NCBI GenBank assembly: GCA_964514975.1
Contig: CAZESS010000003.1
Location: 68,407 to 132,406, forward strand
Source of the DNA: an uncultured Thermoplasmatales archaeon
GTDB lineage: Archaea; Thermoplasmatota; E2; UBA202; DSCA01
Length of the DNA: 64,000 bases
Direction of reading: 5' to 3'
The stretch's first letter is position 1. Every line of letters starts with the position of its first letter. The notes under the pieces are model-generated. The model ran no database searches and was not told the origin of the DNA. It saw only the letters and a list, made by a program, of their open reading frames with translations. A program made the position numbers and the translations under genes. Below are positions 18,426 to 28,159 of the stretch, piece after piece.

Positions 18426-19466
18426 GTGCTCTACATCGTGATGGTGACGGCGGAGTGCAACATGGCGTGCAGCTACTGCGGGGGCAGCCTGGTGACCATG
18501 CCCAAAGACATCACCTACAATCTGGAGGACCTCGCAGCGTTCATCAGCCAGGATGAAGACGACGAGACGGTCGTCGCCCTCTACGGCGGCGAACCCCTGC
18601 TCCGGCCCGACATGGTGCATGAGCTGCTTGACATGCTGCCAGCCGACCGCCGGGTGTTGCAGACAAATGGGTTTTATATCGACCGGCTCGGCGAACACGT
18701 GCACGACCTCGATGCTATCCTGCTGTCCATCGACGGCCGGCAGGCGACAACGGACAGATACCGGGGCGAGGGCTGCCATGACCGGGTGATGCAGGCACGG
18801 CGGTGGCTCTCCATGCAGGACTACGAGGGCGACCTTGTCGCCCGGATGGCCGCCTCAAAGCACACCGACATCTACAGAGATGTCATGTACCTGCTCGAAT
18901 GGTTTCCCCGTGTCCACTGGCAGCTGGACGCCGTCTGGTCATCATTGTGGGATCTGCCGGCGTTCCGGCGATGGACAAAGCAATCCTACATGCCCGGCAT
19001 CGAACATCTCGCCAGGATATGGACTGAGCATCTGGAGCAGGGCGAGGTATTGGGCATCGTGCCCTTCCTCGGCATAGCGAAGCGGGTCATCCGTGGCGGC
19101 TCGGGGCTGCCCTGCGGGGCCGGCCGGAGCGCCATGAGCATCACGACCGACGGCCGCGTGGTGGGCTGCCCCATCGCCGCCGAGTTTTCATGGAACCAGA
19201 TGGGCGATTTTGATGACGTGCAATGTATCGACATCGGCGAGCCATGTACCTCCTGTGACATCTACACGGTCTGCGGCGGGCGCTGCCTCTTCACATACAA
19301 GGAGCGACTGTGGGGCGACGAGGGCTTCACCCTGCTCTGCGATATCACCAAGCATCTCGTCGAACAAATCGAGGGAGCGCTGCCCCTCATCAGGTCGATG
19401 CTGCCCGACCATGAAAACGAGCTGCTGTACCCGCCGTTCAACAACACGACAGAGATTATACCCTAG
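18426..19466 (+). CDS. Radical SAM/SPASM protein, AF0577 (TIGR04084)-like
   Basis: CNMACSYC, YGGEPLL, LQTNG; SPASM cysteines CGAG...CP...CTSC...CGGRC; C-terminal NNTTEIIP. Confidence 0.85.
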   Translation: MLYIVMVTAECNMACSYCGGSLVTMPKDITYNLEDLAAFISQDEDDETVVALYGGEPLLRPDMVHELLDMLPADRRVLQTNGFYIDRLGEHVHDLDAILLSIDGRQATTDRYRGEGCHDRVMQARRWLSMQDYEGDLVARMAASKHTDIYRDVMYLLEWFPRVHWQLDAVWSSLWDLPAFRRWTKQSYMPGIEHLARIWTEHLEQGEVLGIVPFLGIAKRVIRGGSGLPCGAGRSAMSITTDGRVVGCPIAAEFSWNQMGDFDDVQCIDIGEPCTSCDIYTVCGGRCLFTYKERLWGDEGFTLLCDITKHLVEQIEGALPLIRSMLPDHENELLYPPFNNTTEIIP

Positions 19467-19645
19467 TGAGTACCATTAGCAGGACGGTGTTGGCAGAGAT
19501 TGCCCGGCAATAGCTCGCCGTCGGTGAGGCCAACGGGTTATATATGGGGTTTGAGGGCAGGGTATCGAAGCATCATGAGGATTATTGTTTCGAGGTGAAT
19601 AATCGTAATCATAATGCAGATGCAGGAAGAAAGATATTTATATAA

Positions 19646-19677
19646 CTATAATATTTCAGTTTTAAGCTATAATATTT
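19646..19677. repeat. Direct repeat CTATAATATTT x2 (21-bp period) in an AT-rich promoter; possible regulator site
   Basis: Copies at 19646-19656 and 19667-19677, just downstream of a TTTATATA box. Confidence 0.5.
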
Positions 19678-19688
19678 GAGGTTAAAAC

Positions 19689-19889
19689 ATGGGTGTTGAA
19701 CGGCTGTCTGGAGAACCGCATTGTGACACGAGCCCGGGAGAATGTTCCGGTGGAAACGGATGTCCGGAAGCGACGGCCGCTACCTGTATCGGGATGCCGT
19801 CCGTCACAGATCGTGTGCCGCGAGGGATATCTCGATGGAGAGACACCCGAAGGAAACCGAAACGCCACATTATTCCCGGAGGTGCATAG
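19689..19889 (+). CDS. Possible 66-aa Cys-containing small protein
   Basis: ATG follows the AT-rich promoter and GAGG; stop lies 2 nt before the ArsR start; 4 Cys. No recognisable family. Confidence 0.35.
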   Translation: MGVERLSGEPHCDTSPGECSGGNGCPEATAATCIGMPSVTDRVPRGISRWRDTRRKPKRHIIPGGA

Positions 19890-19891
19890 AT

Positions 19892-20236
19892 ATGTGTTCA
19901 AATCATCCGCCCTGTCCTGGTGGGCCGAAGGGGCCGGTGGGCGGACGGATACAGCGGCTGCAAGGCCTGGCGAAAGCACTGCACTGCCCCACCCGCTGGG
20001 ATATAATCGACATAATAGGAACGGGGTCAGCTAAAACGAGGGAGATAAAAGAAGGACTGGAGTCACGGGGCTATGATATAACCCAATCGGGATTGTATTA
20101 TCATCTTTCAGAGCTGAGAGATGCCGGCATAATAGACGTTGCTGCATTTGTAGAAGAAGGCCAAGGGGCTCCAGAGAAGGTCTGGAAGCTGGTCAAAAAG
20201 AAAATAGAGATCGACCTGGCCCTTGAGGAGGACTAA
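19892..20236 (+). CDS. ArsR-like winged-helix transcriptional regulator
   Basis: LAKALHCPTRWDII...SGLYYHLSELRDAGII; GGAGGTG RBS upstream. Confidence 0.85.
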   Translation: MCSNHPPCPGGPKGPVGGRIQRLQGLAKALHCPTRWDIIDIIGTGSAKTREIKEGLESRGYDITQSGLYYHLSELRDAGIIDVAAFVEEGQGAPEKVWKLVKKKIEIDLALEED

Positions 20237-20239
20237 CAG

Positions 20240-21160
20240 ATGAAGACAGCCGTGGCGGCCAGCGGGCTCACCAAAACATTCGGCAGGGTTCGGGCGGTAA
20301 AAAACGTTAGTTTCGAGGTTCAAAAGGGTGAGTTCTTCGGCTTTTTGGGTCCAAACGGCGCCGGCAAGACCACCACCATACGGATGCTGACGGGGTTGGT
20401 CACGCCTGATGCAGGACGAGCTTTGATAGACGGAATTGACCCCTACCGGGACCCTATCCATGCAAAGCTACACATGGGCGTAATCCCCGAATTCGGCAAT
20501 ATCTATGTTGACCTGACGGCAAAAGAAAATCTCTATCTCGCTGGAAAATTCTATGGAATGCCAAAAAAAGAAATAAAGAAAAGGACATCTGAACTCCTGG
20601 AGATGCTGGAATTGAACGAGAGGGCGAACGACACGGTTCGAACCTTCTCCAAGGGTATGAAGCAGCGGGTGAATATTGGATGTGCCATCATCCATGAACC
20701 GCCTGTACTCTTCCTGGACGAACCGACTTCCGGTTTAGACGTGCAGAGTAAAAGGCTCGTGGTGGAATTAATGGGGAGGATGAAAGAACAGGGAAGCACG
20801 ATATTTTTGACGACGCACAATATTCAGGAAGCAAATGAGCTCTGCGAACGAGTTGGCATTATACATGAGGGAGAACTCGTCGCCATTGATAGACCGGAAA
20901 AACTCCGAAATACATTCGATAAGACACAGTCCATCGAGGTCTCCCTCGAGGGGGATTTTGACGTCGATCAGCTCAAAAATGGCCACGTCGACAAGATAAC
21001 ACGGTCGGGAGATAAGCTTACGATTTTCACCGATGAACCAGATATCTCTGTAAAAAAGCTGGTCAAACTGGCAGATGAAAGCAATGTAAAAATAATATCC
21101 CTTACAACGAAAGGGCCGAGCCTGGAAGAAGCCTTCGTGAGGTTGACAGGGGGTAATTGA
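20240..21160 (+). CDS. ABC exporter ATP-binding protein (DrrA-like)
   Basis: Walker A, FSKGMKQR, DEPTSGLD, LTTH. Confidence 0.92.
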   Translation: MKTAVAASGLTKTFGRVRAVKNVSFEVQKGEFFGFLGPNGAGKTTTIRMLTGLVTPDAGRALIDGIDPYRDPIHAKLHMGVIPEFGNIYVDLTAKENLYLAGKFYGMPKKEIKKRTSELLEMLELNERANDTVRTFSKGMKQRVNIGCAIIHEPPVLFLDEPTSGLDVQSKRLVVELMGRMKEQGSTIFLTTHNIQEANELCERVGIIHEGELVAIDRPEKLRNTFDKTQSIEVSLEGDFDVDQLKNGHVDKITRSGDKLTIFTDEPDISVKKLVKLADESNVKIISLTTKGPSLEEAFVRLTGGN

Positions 21161-21906
21161 TGAGATATTCAGAATTCATAAGAGGGGTATTGACCACGGC
21201 AGAAAAGGACATCAAGATTTACTACAAGAAACCACCCGTCATCATATTCGGTCTTTTGTTTCCGTTTCTGATGTTCCTCGCGTTCTATATCGGGAGGGAA
21301 ATAGATTTTGGTCTGTTCTTTCCGGGATTCCTCGCTATGACGTTATTTTTTACTTCTTCCTCTGTAGGGCCACTGGTAACACCATGGGAGAGACAGGCAG
21401 GTACCTATGAAAGGCTTCTTTCATATCCTGTTAACATAAAAGCGGTCTTGCTGGGGGACATATTGGCCGGCGCGATATTTGGCATGGCGGTATACACCGT
21501 GGTCTTGGTGGCCGGTTCATTTTTCATACATCTTCAGATAGCAAATGGAGCCATACTGCTGATTTCCATAGTATTAGGGTCAATCACTTTTTCCTCCCTG
21601 GGAATAGTGATATCTGCACCAGCCACGACATCCCCGTCATCCATAATGATGCTTTCGAGCCTGATTCGATTTCCTCTCATATTCATAAGCGGCATATTCA
21701 TACCTCTCCAACAGATGGAAGGGCCAATGAGGTACCTATCGTATATCTCGCCTCTCACCTATCTGGTAGATTCCTTGCATTCTGGAATCGGAGGTAAAAA
21801 CGTTTTACCAATGGGTGCTGGAATAGTAGCTTTATTGACCTTCAGCGCGATATTTTTCTCGGCTGCCGTTCATATACATAAAAGGAACATGGTCAAGGGA
21901 CTGTAA
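21157..21906 (+). CDS. ABC-2 type permease
   Basis: About six TM; ERLLSYP, FISGIFIP and SPLTY motifs. Confidence 0.9.
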   Translation: MMRYSEFIRGVLTTAEKDIKIYYKKPPVIIFGLLFPFLMFLAFYIGREIDFGLFFPGFLAMTLFFTSSSVGPLVTPWERQAGTYERLLSYPVNIKAVLLGDILAGAIFGMAVYTVVLVAGSFFIHLQIANGAILLISIVLGSITFSSLGIVISAPATTSPSSIMMLSSLIRFPLIFISGIFIPLQQMEGPMRYLSYISPLTYLVDSLHSGIGGKNVLPMGAGIVALLTFSAIFFSAAVHIHKRNMVKGL

Positions 21907-22024
21907 AAAGTACCCCTGCTGATAAAAATCCATCCAATATTTGACATTTGGCACCCATCTGCTGGCCCTTCCTCCTGCCGGCGGCTACATAACGTATATT
22001 AATGCCGTTGACATATGCATTGCA

Positions 22025-22843
22025 GTGATTCGAATAGGTGCCGCCGGTATCCCGCTGTCGTGCAAGGACCGGACCAACCGCGACGGGGTTATCTACACGC
22101 GCAATCTCGGGCTATCGGCGATGGAGATACAGCTCTCACGGGGGTTCATCAGCCGCGAGGAGGCCACCGACATCCGGGAAACGGCCGACAAGTGCGGCAT
22201 CGACCTCTACATCCATGCGCCCTACTACATCAACCTGACCGGTAACGAGCGCAACGTCGAGATGAGCCAGAACAAGATATGGCGCTCCATGCGTCTCGCT
22301 GAGCTGATGGACGCGCGGATGGTGACCACCCATACCGGCTTCTATGGCTCGCTGTCGAAGCATGAGGCGATGCAGCGGATGGCCGGGCGTCTCCGGATGC
22401 TCCGCGACCAGATAAAGATGGAGGGCATCGAGATACCCATCGGGGTGCAGACCATCGGCAAGCCCGAGGTGTTCGGCACGCTGGAGGAAATCGTGGAGCT
22501 GTGCACAAGGGTGCGCGGCATCCATCCGGTGCTCGACATGGCCCACATCCATGCCCGTCAGAACGGCCGATTGCAGGAAAAAGAGGACTTCCAGGAGGTG
22601 TTCAACAGCCTGGCGCCCCTAAACCTTGATCATGTCGTTGTCTATCTCACCGGGGTGCGCTACAACGCCGAGGGAGAGATATATCATGTGCCCGTCCGGA
22701 AGAGCGACATGCCGGTCATCAAGCTGATGGAATGTATCGTTGAGCATGACTACAACGTGACCATTATCTCGGAGTCGCCCATCCTCGAGCATGACGCGGT
22801 CTACGGCCAGATACTGGTGGACCGTGCTATGGAAATATCGTGA
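22025..22843 (+). CDS. Endonuclease IV-like TIM barrel protein (AP endonuclease family 2)
   Basis: IHAPYYINL, HTGFY, LDMAHIHAR, IISESP. Confidence 0.85.
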   Translation: MIRIGAAGIPLSCKDRTNRDGVIYTRNLGLSAMEIQLSRGFISREEATDIRETADKCGIDLYIHAPYYINLTGNERNVEMSQNKIWRSMRLAELMDARMVTTHTGFYGSLSKHEAMQRMAGRLRMLRDQIKMEGIEIPIGVQTIGKPEVFGTLEEIVELCTRVRGIHPVLDMAHIHARQNGRLQEKEDFQEVFNSLAPLNLDHVVVYLTGVRYNAEGEIYHVPVRKSDMPVIKLMECIVEHDYNVTIISESPILEHDAVYGQILVDRAMEIS

Positions 22844-22849
22844 TAGACC

Positions 22850-23389
22850 ATGCGTTTTGACAGGTCGGTTTCATATATCCATGAGCAGATGACACCGGTG
22901 CTGGAGCATGTCGACCAGGCAGGCGTGGAGCGCGCCGTCGACCTGTTCATGGACAGGCCCCGGGTGTTCGTCTACGGGACGGGGCGGAGCGGGCTCGTTG
23001 CGAGGGCCTTCGCGATCAGGCTCGTGCATCTCGGGTTCCAGACCTTTGTCATCGGTGAGACCATCACGGCGCCGGTGCACAGGGACGACCTCGTCGTGCT
23101 CGTCTCGGGCTCCGGCGAGACCATCCCGGTGGCGATGACCGCGGACATCGCACAGCAGCTGGGCGCCCAGATCGTTTCTGTCACGGCCGACCCGGTATCA
23201 CATATCGGGCGGGCCGCCGACGTGCTGCTCCATCTTGATGTAGCGAACGGCGACGGCGATCTGGCGCCGCTGGGAACATTGTTCGAGGCGTGCGCCTGGG
23301 TGGTTCTCGACGGCATCATCGCGGAGCTCATGGCCCGGACCGGCGAGGGCGAGGGCGACATGCGGGAGCGGCACGCGACGCTGGAATAA
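22850..23389 (+). CDS. hxlB: 6-phospho-3-hexuloisomerase (SIS domain)
   Basis: YGTGRSGL, VIGETIT, SGSGET, APLGTLFE, RHATLE. Confidence 0.88.
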   Translation: MRFDRSVSYIHEQMTPVLEHVDQAGVERAVDLFMDRPRVFVYGTGRSGLVARAFAIRLVHLGFQTFVIGETITAPVHRDDLVVLVSGSGETIPVAMTADIAQQLGAQIVSVTADPVSHIGRAADVLLHLDVANGDGDLAPLGTLFEACAWVVLDGIIAELMARTGEGEGDMRERHATLE

Positions 23390-23414
23390 GCTTTTTAAAC
23401 GGGGCGATGTTGCA

Positions 23415-23855
23415 ATGGTAATGACCACGTATGACTACAAGGAGCTGCTGAACCGGTCGATGGAATCCCTGCCCGAGGACTTGACCTCGAAGGAACGGTT
23501 CCAGATGCCCGAAGGCGACGTATTCCACGAGGGAAACACCACCATCATCCGGAACTTCCTCGACATCACCGACCAGGTTGGCCGGGACCCCCAGCACATG
23601 CTCACCTACCTGCTCAAGGAGCTCGGGACCGCCGGCGAGCTGGACAACGAGCGCGCCATCTTCCAGGGCAAGATATCGATGGGCAAGGTCCAGGAGCGCA
23701 TCGACGCCTACGTCAACACCTTCGTGGTCTGCCGGGAATGCGGCCGTCCTGACACCAATCTCATGAAGAAAAACCGCACGCTGCTGCTGAAATGCGAGGC
23801 GTGCGGCGCCATGCACCCGGTCAAGGCCAGGAAGGGGCGACGGGGCAGGCGATGA
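23415..23855 (+). CDS. eif2b: Translation initiation factor 2 subunit beta
   Basis: TIIRNF, KELGTAG, CRECGRPDT...CEACGA. Confidence 0.95.
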   Translation: MVMTTYDYKELLNRSMESLPEDLTSKERFQMPEGDVFHEGNTTIIRNFLDITDQVGRDPQHMLTYLLKELGTAGELDNERAIFQGKISMGKVQERIDAYVNTFVVCRECGRPDTNLMKKNRTLLLKCEACGAMHPVKARKGRRGRR

Positions 23856-25246
23856 CGCCACGGCGCAAAAAGCTTCTCGTTCTCGGCGTCATTGCATGTG
23901 TCTTTCTCTTCTTCCATCTGTATCACCTTGAACGGCCGTTTTCGACCAACGGCATCGACGAGGGCATCCATCTCTTGCAGGCGCAGATGGCGGCCGACGG
24001 CTTCACGCTCTACGGGGAGCTCAACGGCGACCAGGCGCCGCTGGCCATCCTGACGTTTTCGCTGTTCAAGGGCGCGGTGCTGCCGTCGCGGCTGCTGTCG
24101 TTTCTATTGTTCGCGGGCGCCACCGGAGCCGCTGGAATCATCGCCTGGCGAATAAAAAACAGGCAGGCTGGCGTGATGACGGTGCTGCTGCTATCCCTCG
24201 ACTTCACTCTGCTCAGGGAGTCGCGGCTGGCGTCTCTCGACCTGTTCTCGGCCGCGTTGCTCTGCATGGCCGGGCTGATCTTCATCGTCTACCTGGAGCG
24301 CCCACGCTGGATGTATGCCGCCGGCGGCGCCCTGCTGCTGTCGCTGTCCTGCCTGTCGAAGCTCATGGCTGCACCATGCGCCCTGGCTCTCACGGTGGCG
24401 GCCGTCTGGTACGCGGTGCGGCACAGGCGGTTGAAGCATTTTGCCGTCTACGCGCTGGCCGGAATGGTGCCAGCGCTGGCATTGCTTTTCCTGTTTTCGC
24501 CGGACGCGTTGCTCAACGGCGTGCTGCTCCGGCAGCTGCACCGTGGCGCCGACTGGTCGACGAAGGCATCGGTGCTGCTGTTCATCGGCCCATCCTTTGT
24601 CTATCTCCTGGCGCTGCGGCGGTGGGATCTGCGGGACCGGCGGGTCGCGTTCGTGGTCCTCTGGCTGCTGTCTCTGCTTGCCTTCATCCTGGTGCAGGGC
24701 CGCACCTTTCAGCATCATTTCGCCTACGCGGCGTTTCCCGCGGCCATCCTGGCCGGCATGGTACTCGGAGACTGGTCGCTTGATAGCCGGAAAACAGTGA
24801 CGGTGGTGGCCGGCTTCGTGGCGGTCAACACCGTTCTCATGGTGTCGCTGGTCGGCACGGCGCCCCCGGACCTGTCCTACGAGGTCGCGGACCACGTTGC
24901 GGCGGTGTCCGATGATGACGCCTGGGTGCTCTCGGGGAATCCCCTGGTGAACGTGCTGGCCGACCGCAACGCGCCGCCGAACCTGACAAACCTGGCGCGG
25001 CATCATTATCCGCCGACCACGACGTCGAACATCACCTACTGGCTGGAAGGCAATCGCGTGGAGGTCGTGGTGCTGTACTATCACCTGGCGGAGATGCCGG
25101 AGGTGGCGAGGTATCTCAACCGGAGCGGGCGCTACGAGAAAGCAATGGTCGTCGAGGGAAAAGGACAGCTGCTCTTCAACGGCGTCACGCCGCGGTTTTC
25201 CACGGACAGATACGTCGTCTACCGGGCGGTGAACGGGACTACCTGA
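23852..25246 (+). CDS. Multi-TM GT-C fold glycosyltransferase (PMT/ArnT-like)
   Basis: GIDEG loop after TM1, DQAP motif, more than 10 TM helices, FQHHF; next to a Dol-P-sugar synthase gene. Confidence 0.7.
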   Translation: MTPRRKKLLVLGVIACVFLFFHLYHLERPFSTNGIDEGIHLLQAQMAADGFTLYGELNGDQAPLAILTFSLFKGAVLPSRLLSFLLFAGATGAAGIIAWRIKNRQAGVMTVLLLSLDFTLLRESRLASLDLFSAALLCMAGLIFIVYLERPRWMYAAGGALLLSLSCLSKLMAAPCALALTVAAVWYAVRHRRLKHFAVYALAGMVPALALLFLFSPDALLNGVLLRQLHRGADWSTKASVLLFIGPSFVYLLALRRWDLRDRRVAFVVLWLLSLLAFILVQGRTFQHHFAYAAFPAAILAGMVLGDWSLDSRKTVTVVAGFVAVNTVLMVSLVGTAPPDLSYEVADHVAAVSDDDAWVLSGNPLVNVLADRNAPPNLTNLARHHYPPTTTSNITYWLEGNRVEVVVLYYHLAEMPEVARYLNRSGRYEKAMVVEGKGQLLFNGVTPRFSTDRYVVYRAVNGTT

Positions 25247-26318
25247 ACCAGGTCCAGAAGTTGTTGGCGAAAAAGTTCCAGATGAACACCACGCCGATGG
25301 CTATAACGGCCGCAAACAGGTAGTAGTAGCCGAATACCTCCCTGAGGAGGCCCATGACCCCCAGCTGCATCGGGAACGAGGGCGAACTGATAACGTTGAA
25401 CTTGAAGAGACGCGCCCCGGCGCTCCGGAGGCCTTTTTCTCCCCGGTCATGGAACGTCCACACCTCGTTCAGGGCGTAGTTGGACAGGATGGAGAGCTCG
25501 ATGGCGAACACCGCGGAGACCAGATAATACAGGCCCGCCTGCTCGGTCAGCAGCCACAGCACGCCAAGGTTGACCAGGACGCCGCTGCCGCCGACCAGCA
25601 TAAACTTGATGAACCGAACGATTTCCCCGGTGTCCCATGACAGGCGGAGCAGATGGCGGAGATATTTTCCATATTCGTTGGCCACCAGGGAGCTGCTCCC
25701 CCGCTCCCGGTCCTGAAACACGATGGGCACCTCCCGTACGTCGGTGCAGCGCCCCCGTATCAATATTTCGAGAAGGATCTTGTAGCCCACGGGGCGAAGC
25801 TCGACGTCCTCAATGACCCTGCTGCGGAGCATGAAAAACCCGGACAATGGGTCGCTGACCATCCGGCAGCCGGGCAGCAAAAGATGCGCCATGAGGGTCG
25901 CCCCCTTGGAGGACAGACGCCGCAGGAACGACCACTGCTCTATTTCGCCGCCCGGTACGTAGCGGCTGCCCACCACCACGTCGGCGCCGTCGTCGATAGC
26001 CGCCAGCAGGTCAACGAGCTTCTCGGGTGGATGCTGCAGATCGGCGTCCATGACCGTCAGGATGTCGCCACTGCTCCGGCGGAAGCCCTCGATGACCGAC
26101 AACGCAAGGTCGCGCTTCCCGGTCCGCCGCACCACCCTGAGAAAGTCATACCGCGCCTGGAGCTCATCGGCCCGGTCGGCGGTGCCGTCGGGGCTGTCGT
26201 CGTCGACGATGACCAGCTCGAAGTCCACGTCATGCAGCGCTATGGCCACCTGCTCCAGCAGATGGGGCAGGTTGTCGGCCTCGTTGTACGTGGGGACCAC
26301 CAGGGAGAGCCGGGGCAT
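25239..26318 (-). CDS. GT2 polyprenol-phosphate glycosyltransferase fused to a GtrA-like domain
   Basis: VVPTYNEA, VDDDSPDGT, MDADLQHPPE, DPLSGFF; C-terminal four-TM GtrA region (KFMLVG...NYALNEVWTF). Confidence 0.92.
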   Translation of the reverse strand: MPRLSLVVPTYNEADNLPHLLEQVAIALHDVDFELVIVDDDSPDGTADRADELQARYDFLRVVRRTGKRDLALSVIEGFRRSSGDILTVMDADLQHPPEKLVDLLAAIDDGADVVVGSRYVPGGEIEQWSFLRRLSSKGATLMAHLLLPGCRMVSDPLSGFFMLRSRVIEDVELRPVGYKILLEILIRGRCTDVREVPIVFQDRERGSSSLVANEYGKYLRHLLRLSWDTGEIVRFIKFMLVGGSGVLVNLGVLWLLTEQAGLYYLVSAVFAIELSILSNYALNEVWTFHDRGEKGLRSAGARLFKFNVISSPSFPMQLGVMGLLREVFGYYYLFAAVIAIGVVFIWNFFANNFWTWFR

Positions 26319-26423
26319 GTGTCCGCAATATCTCGTTCCTTAAATAGTTTTTTTCTTTTTCCCTGTAGAACGGGAGACCGCTAAAACGGTAACCTTTTAA
26401 AGGATACCGCATTTGCCCGGTCA

Positions 26424-27353
26424 ATGGGTATCATCGACATCGAGGGGCTGGTGAAGCGCTACAATGGCACGCTGGCAGTTGACGACATCAGCATGGAGGT
26501 CGAACGAGGGGAAATGTTCGCGCTACTCGGGCCCAACGGTGCGGGGAAAACCACGACAATGAACATGATGATGGGCTTCATTTTTCCCACAGCCGGCAGT
26601 GTCCGGCTCTTCGGATACGATGTGTTCAATAATGGCAAGGAGGCCCGGCACCGCATCGGCTTCATGCCCGAAGAACTTGGATTATATGACGTGCTGACCG
26701 CATATCAGCACATGGACTTTTATGGGCGGCTCTTCAACATTCCCAGGCGGCGGCGAGAGAAAAAGATAGACGAATTGTTGGAGCTGGTCGGTTTGCTTCA
26801 TCGCAAGAACACAAGGGTGCGGGAATACTCGCACGGCATGCGGCAGCGGCTGGGTATCGCACAGGCACTTATAAACGACCCCGACCTTCTCATTCTGGAC
26901 GAGCCGACATCCGGACTCGACCCGCGAGCAAGCTACACAGTGCGAGACATTATCACCTCCCTAACAGAGCGGGATATTACGCTGTTTCTTTCGTCACATC
27001 TGCTCCACGAGGTACAGGAAATCTGTGAGAGCGTCGCCATCATTAACAAGGGACAATTGATCAGGAAGGACACCATAGAAAACCTTGTTAGGGAATTCCG
27101 GATAGAGGGCATGCACATCACTCTCACCTGCCTCAATCTCGACAACGACATCGTTGAAACAGTCCAAGGCATGGCGGGGGTGCACTCGGTCGAAGCGTTC
27201 GGCAACACCCTTACCGCCCTAGTGGACACCGAGGATACCGCCGCCGACCTGAACGCCGCGGTGGTCAATAGGGGGGGACGCGTCACGAGAATGGAGGAGT
27301 CAACGCCAGACCTAGAAGACATTTTCTTGCGATTGACGGAGGACGACCAATGA
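26424..27353 (+). CDS. ABC exporter ATP-binding protein
   Basis: Walker A, YSHGMRQR, DEPTSGLDP. Confidence 0.92.
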   Translation: MGIIDIEGLVKRYNGTLAVDDISMEVERGEMFALLGPNGAGKTTTMNMMMGFIFPTAGSVRLFGYDVFNNGKEARHRIGFMPEELGLYDVLTAYQHMDFYGRLFNIPRRRREKKIDELLELVGLLHRKNTRVREYSHGMRQRLGIAQALINDPDLLILDEPTSGLDPRASYTVRDIITSLTERDITLFLSSHLLHEVQEICESVAIINKGQLIRKDTIENLVREFRIEGMHITLTCLNLDNDIVETVQGMAGVHSVEAFGNTLTALVDTEDTAADLNAAVVNRGGRVTRMEESTPDLEDIFLRLTEDDQ

Positions 27354-28159
27354 TGGATATGTCATTTTCCTCTATCACAGCCGTGGCATACAAGGAGTTC
27401 TCCGTATACTTAAAAACGAAGCGGCTGCTCATCATGGGTGGACTATATGTTGCAGGGTTCCTTACAGCCATCGGCATTATGTCCTACTACCGACAGCCGA
27501 ATGCATTTCCAGATGCCATGGCCCTCGCCTATTCCTCAACATCCATCTTTTACGTCATGCTCCCTATTGCCCTCTCATACGACCTCATCGCTCGGGAGCA
27601 GAGCAGAAAATCAATTTTTCTGCTACTGTCCAAGCCCATCCGCCGAATAGAGGTCGCGATCGGTAAATTTATCGGGATTTTCAGCATCCTTTTCATCGTC
27701 ATCGTGCCGATTGTCACCATAGGCCATATTATTGCAGGAATCTCGGTAGGGATCCACGGCATAATGATCGAGGTAGAAGCGTATGCCATGCTTGTGGTAA
27801 TTTTACTGGGAATGTCCTGCTATATCTCATTATCCATGCTCTTTTCCACCCTGACCGATAGCACATCGACAGCCCTTATCTTATCGCTCATTGTCGGCTG
27901 GTTCGGGCTCAGCATGCTCGAGCCACTTGTCAGTCTCTTCTATAGTTTGACGGGCTCCGGTGGAGGCGGCACACCACTCGCAAGTAAAATTGCCTACCTA
28001 ATATCTCCCAGCAATGATATGAATACTGCGATGAAAATACTGAACGATACAGTTTCAGCGCCCGTATCGGTGCCACAGGCTGTCGCAGCGCTTGGAATCT
28101 TCCTAGCCATAACGTTTGCTGCAACCCTATACTTGTTCCGGCGAAAAGAACTCACCTAG
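27350..28159 (+). CDS. ABC-2 type permease
   Basis: About six TM; LLLSKPIRR...GKFIG. Confidence 0.88.
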   Translation: MMDMSFSSITAVAYKEFSVYLKTKRLLIMGGLYVAGFLTAIGIMSYYRQPNAFPDAMALAYSSTSIFYVMLPIALSYDLIAREQSRKSIFLLLSKPIRRIEVAIGKFIGIFSILFIVIVPIVTIGHIIAGISVGIHGIMIEVEAYAMLVVILLGMSCYISLSMLFSTLTDSTSTALILSLIVGWFGLSMLEPLVSLFYSLTGSGGGGTPLASKIAYLISPSNDMNTAMKILNDTVSAPVSVPQAVAALGIFLAITFAATLYLFRRKELT

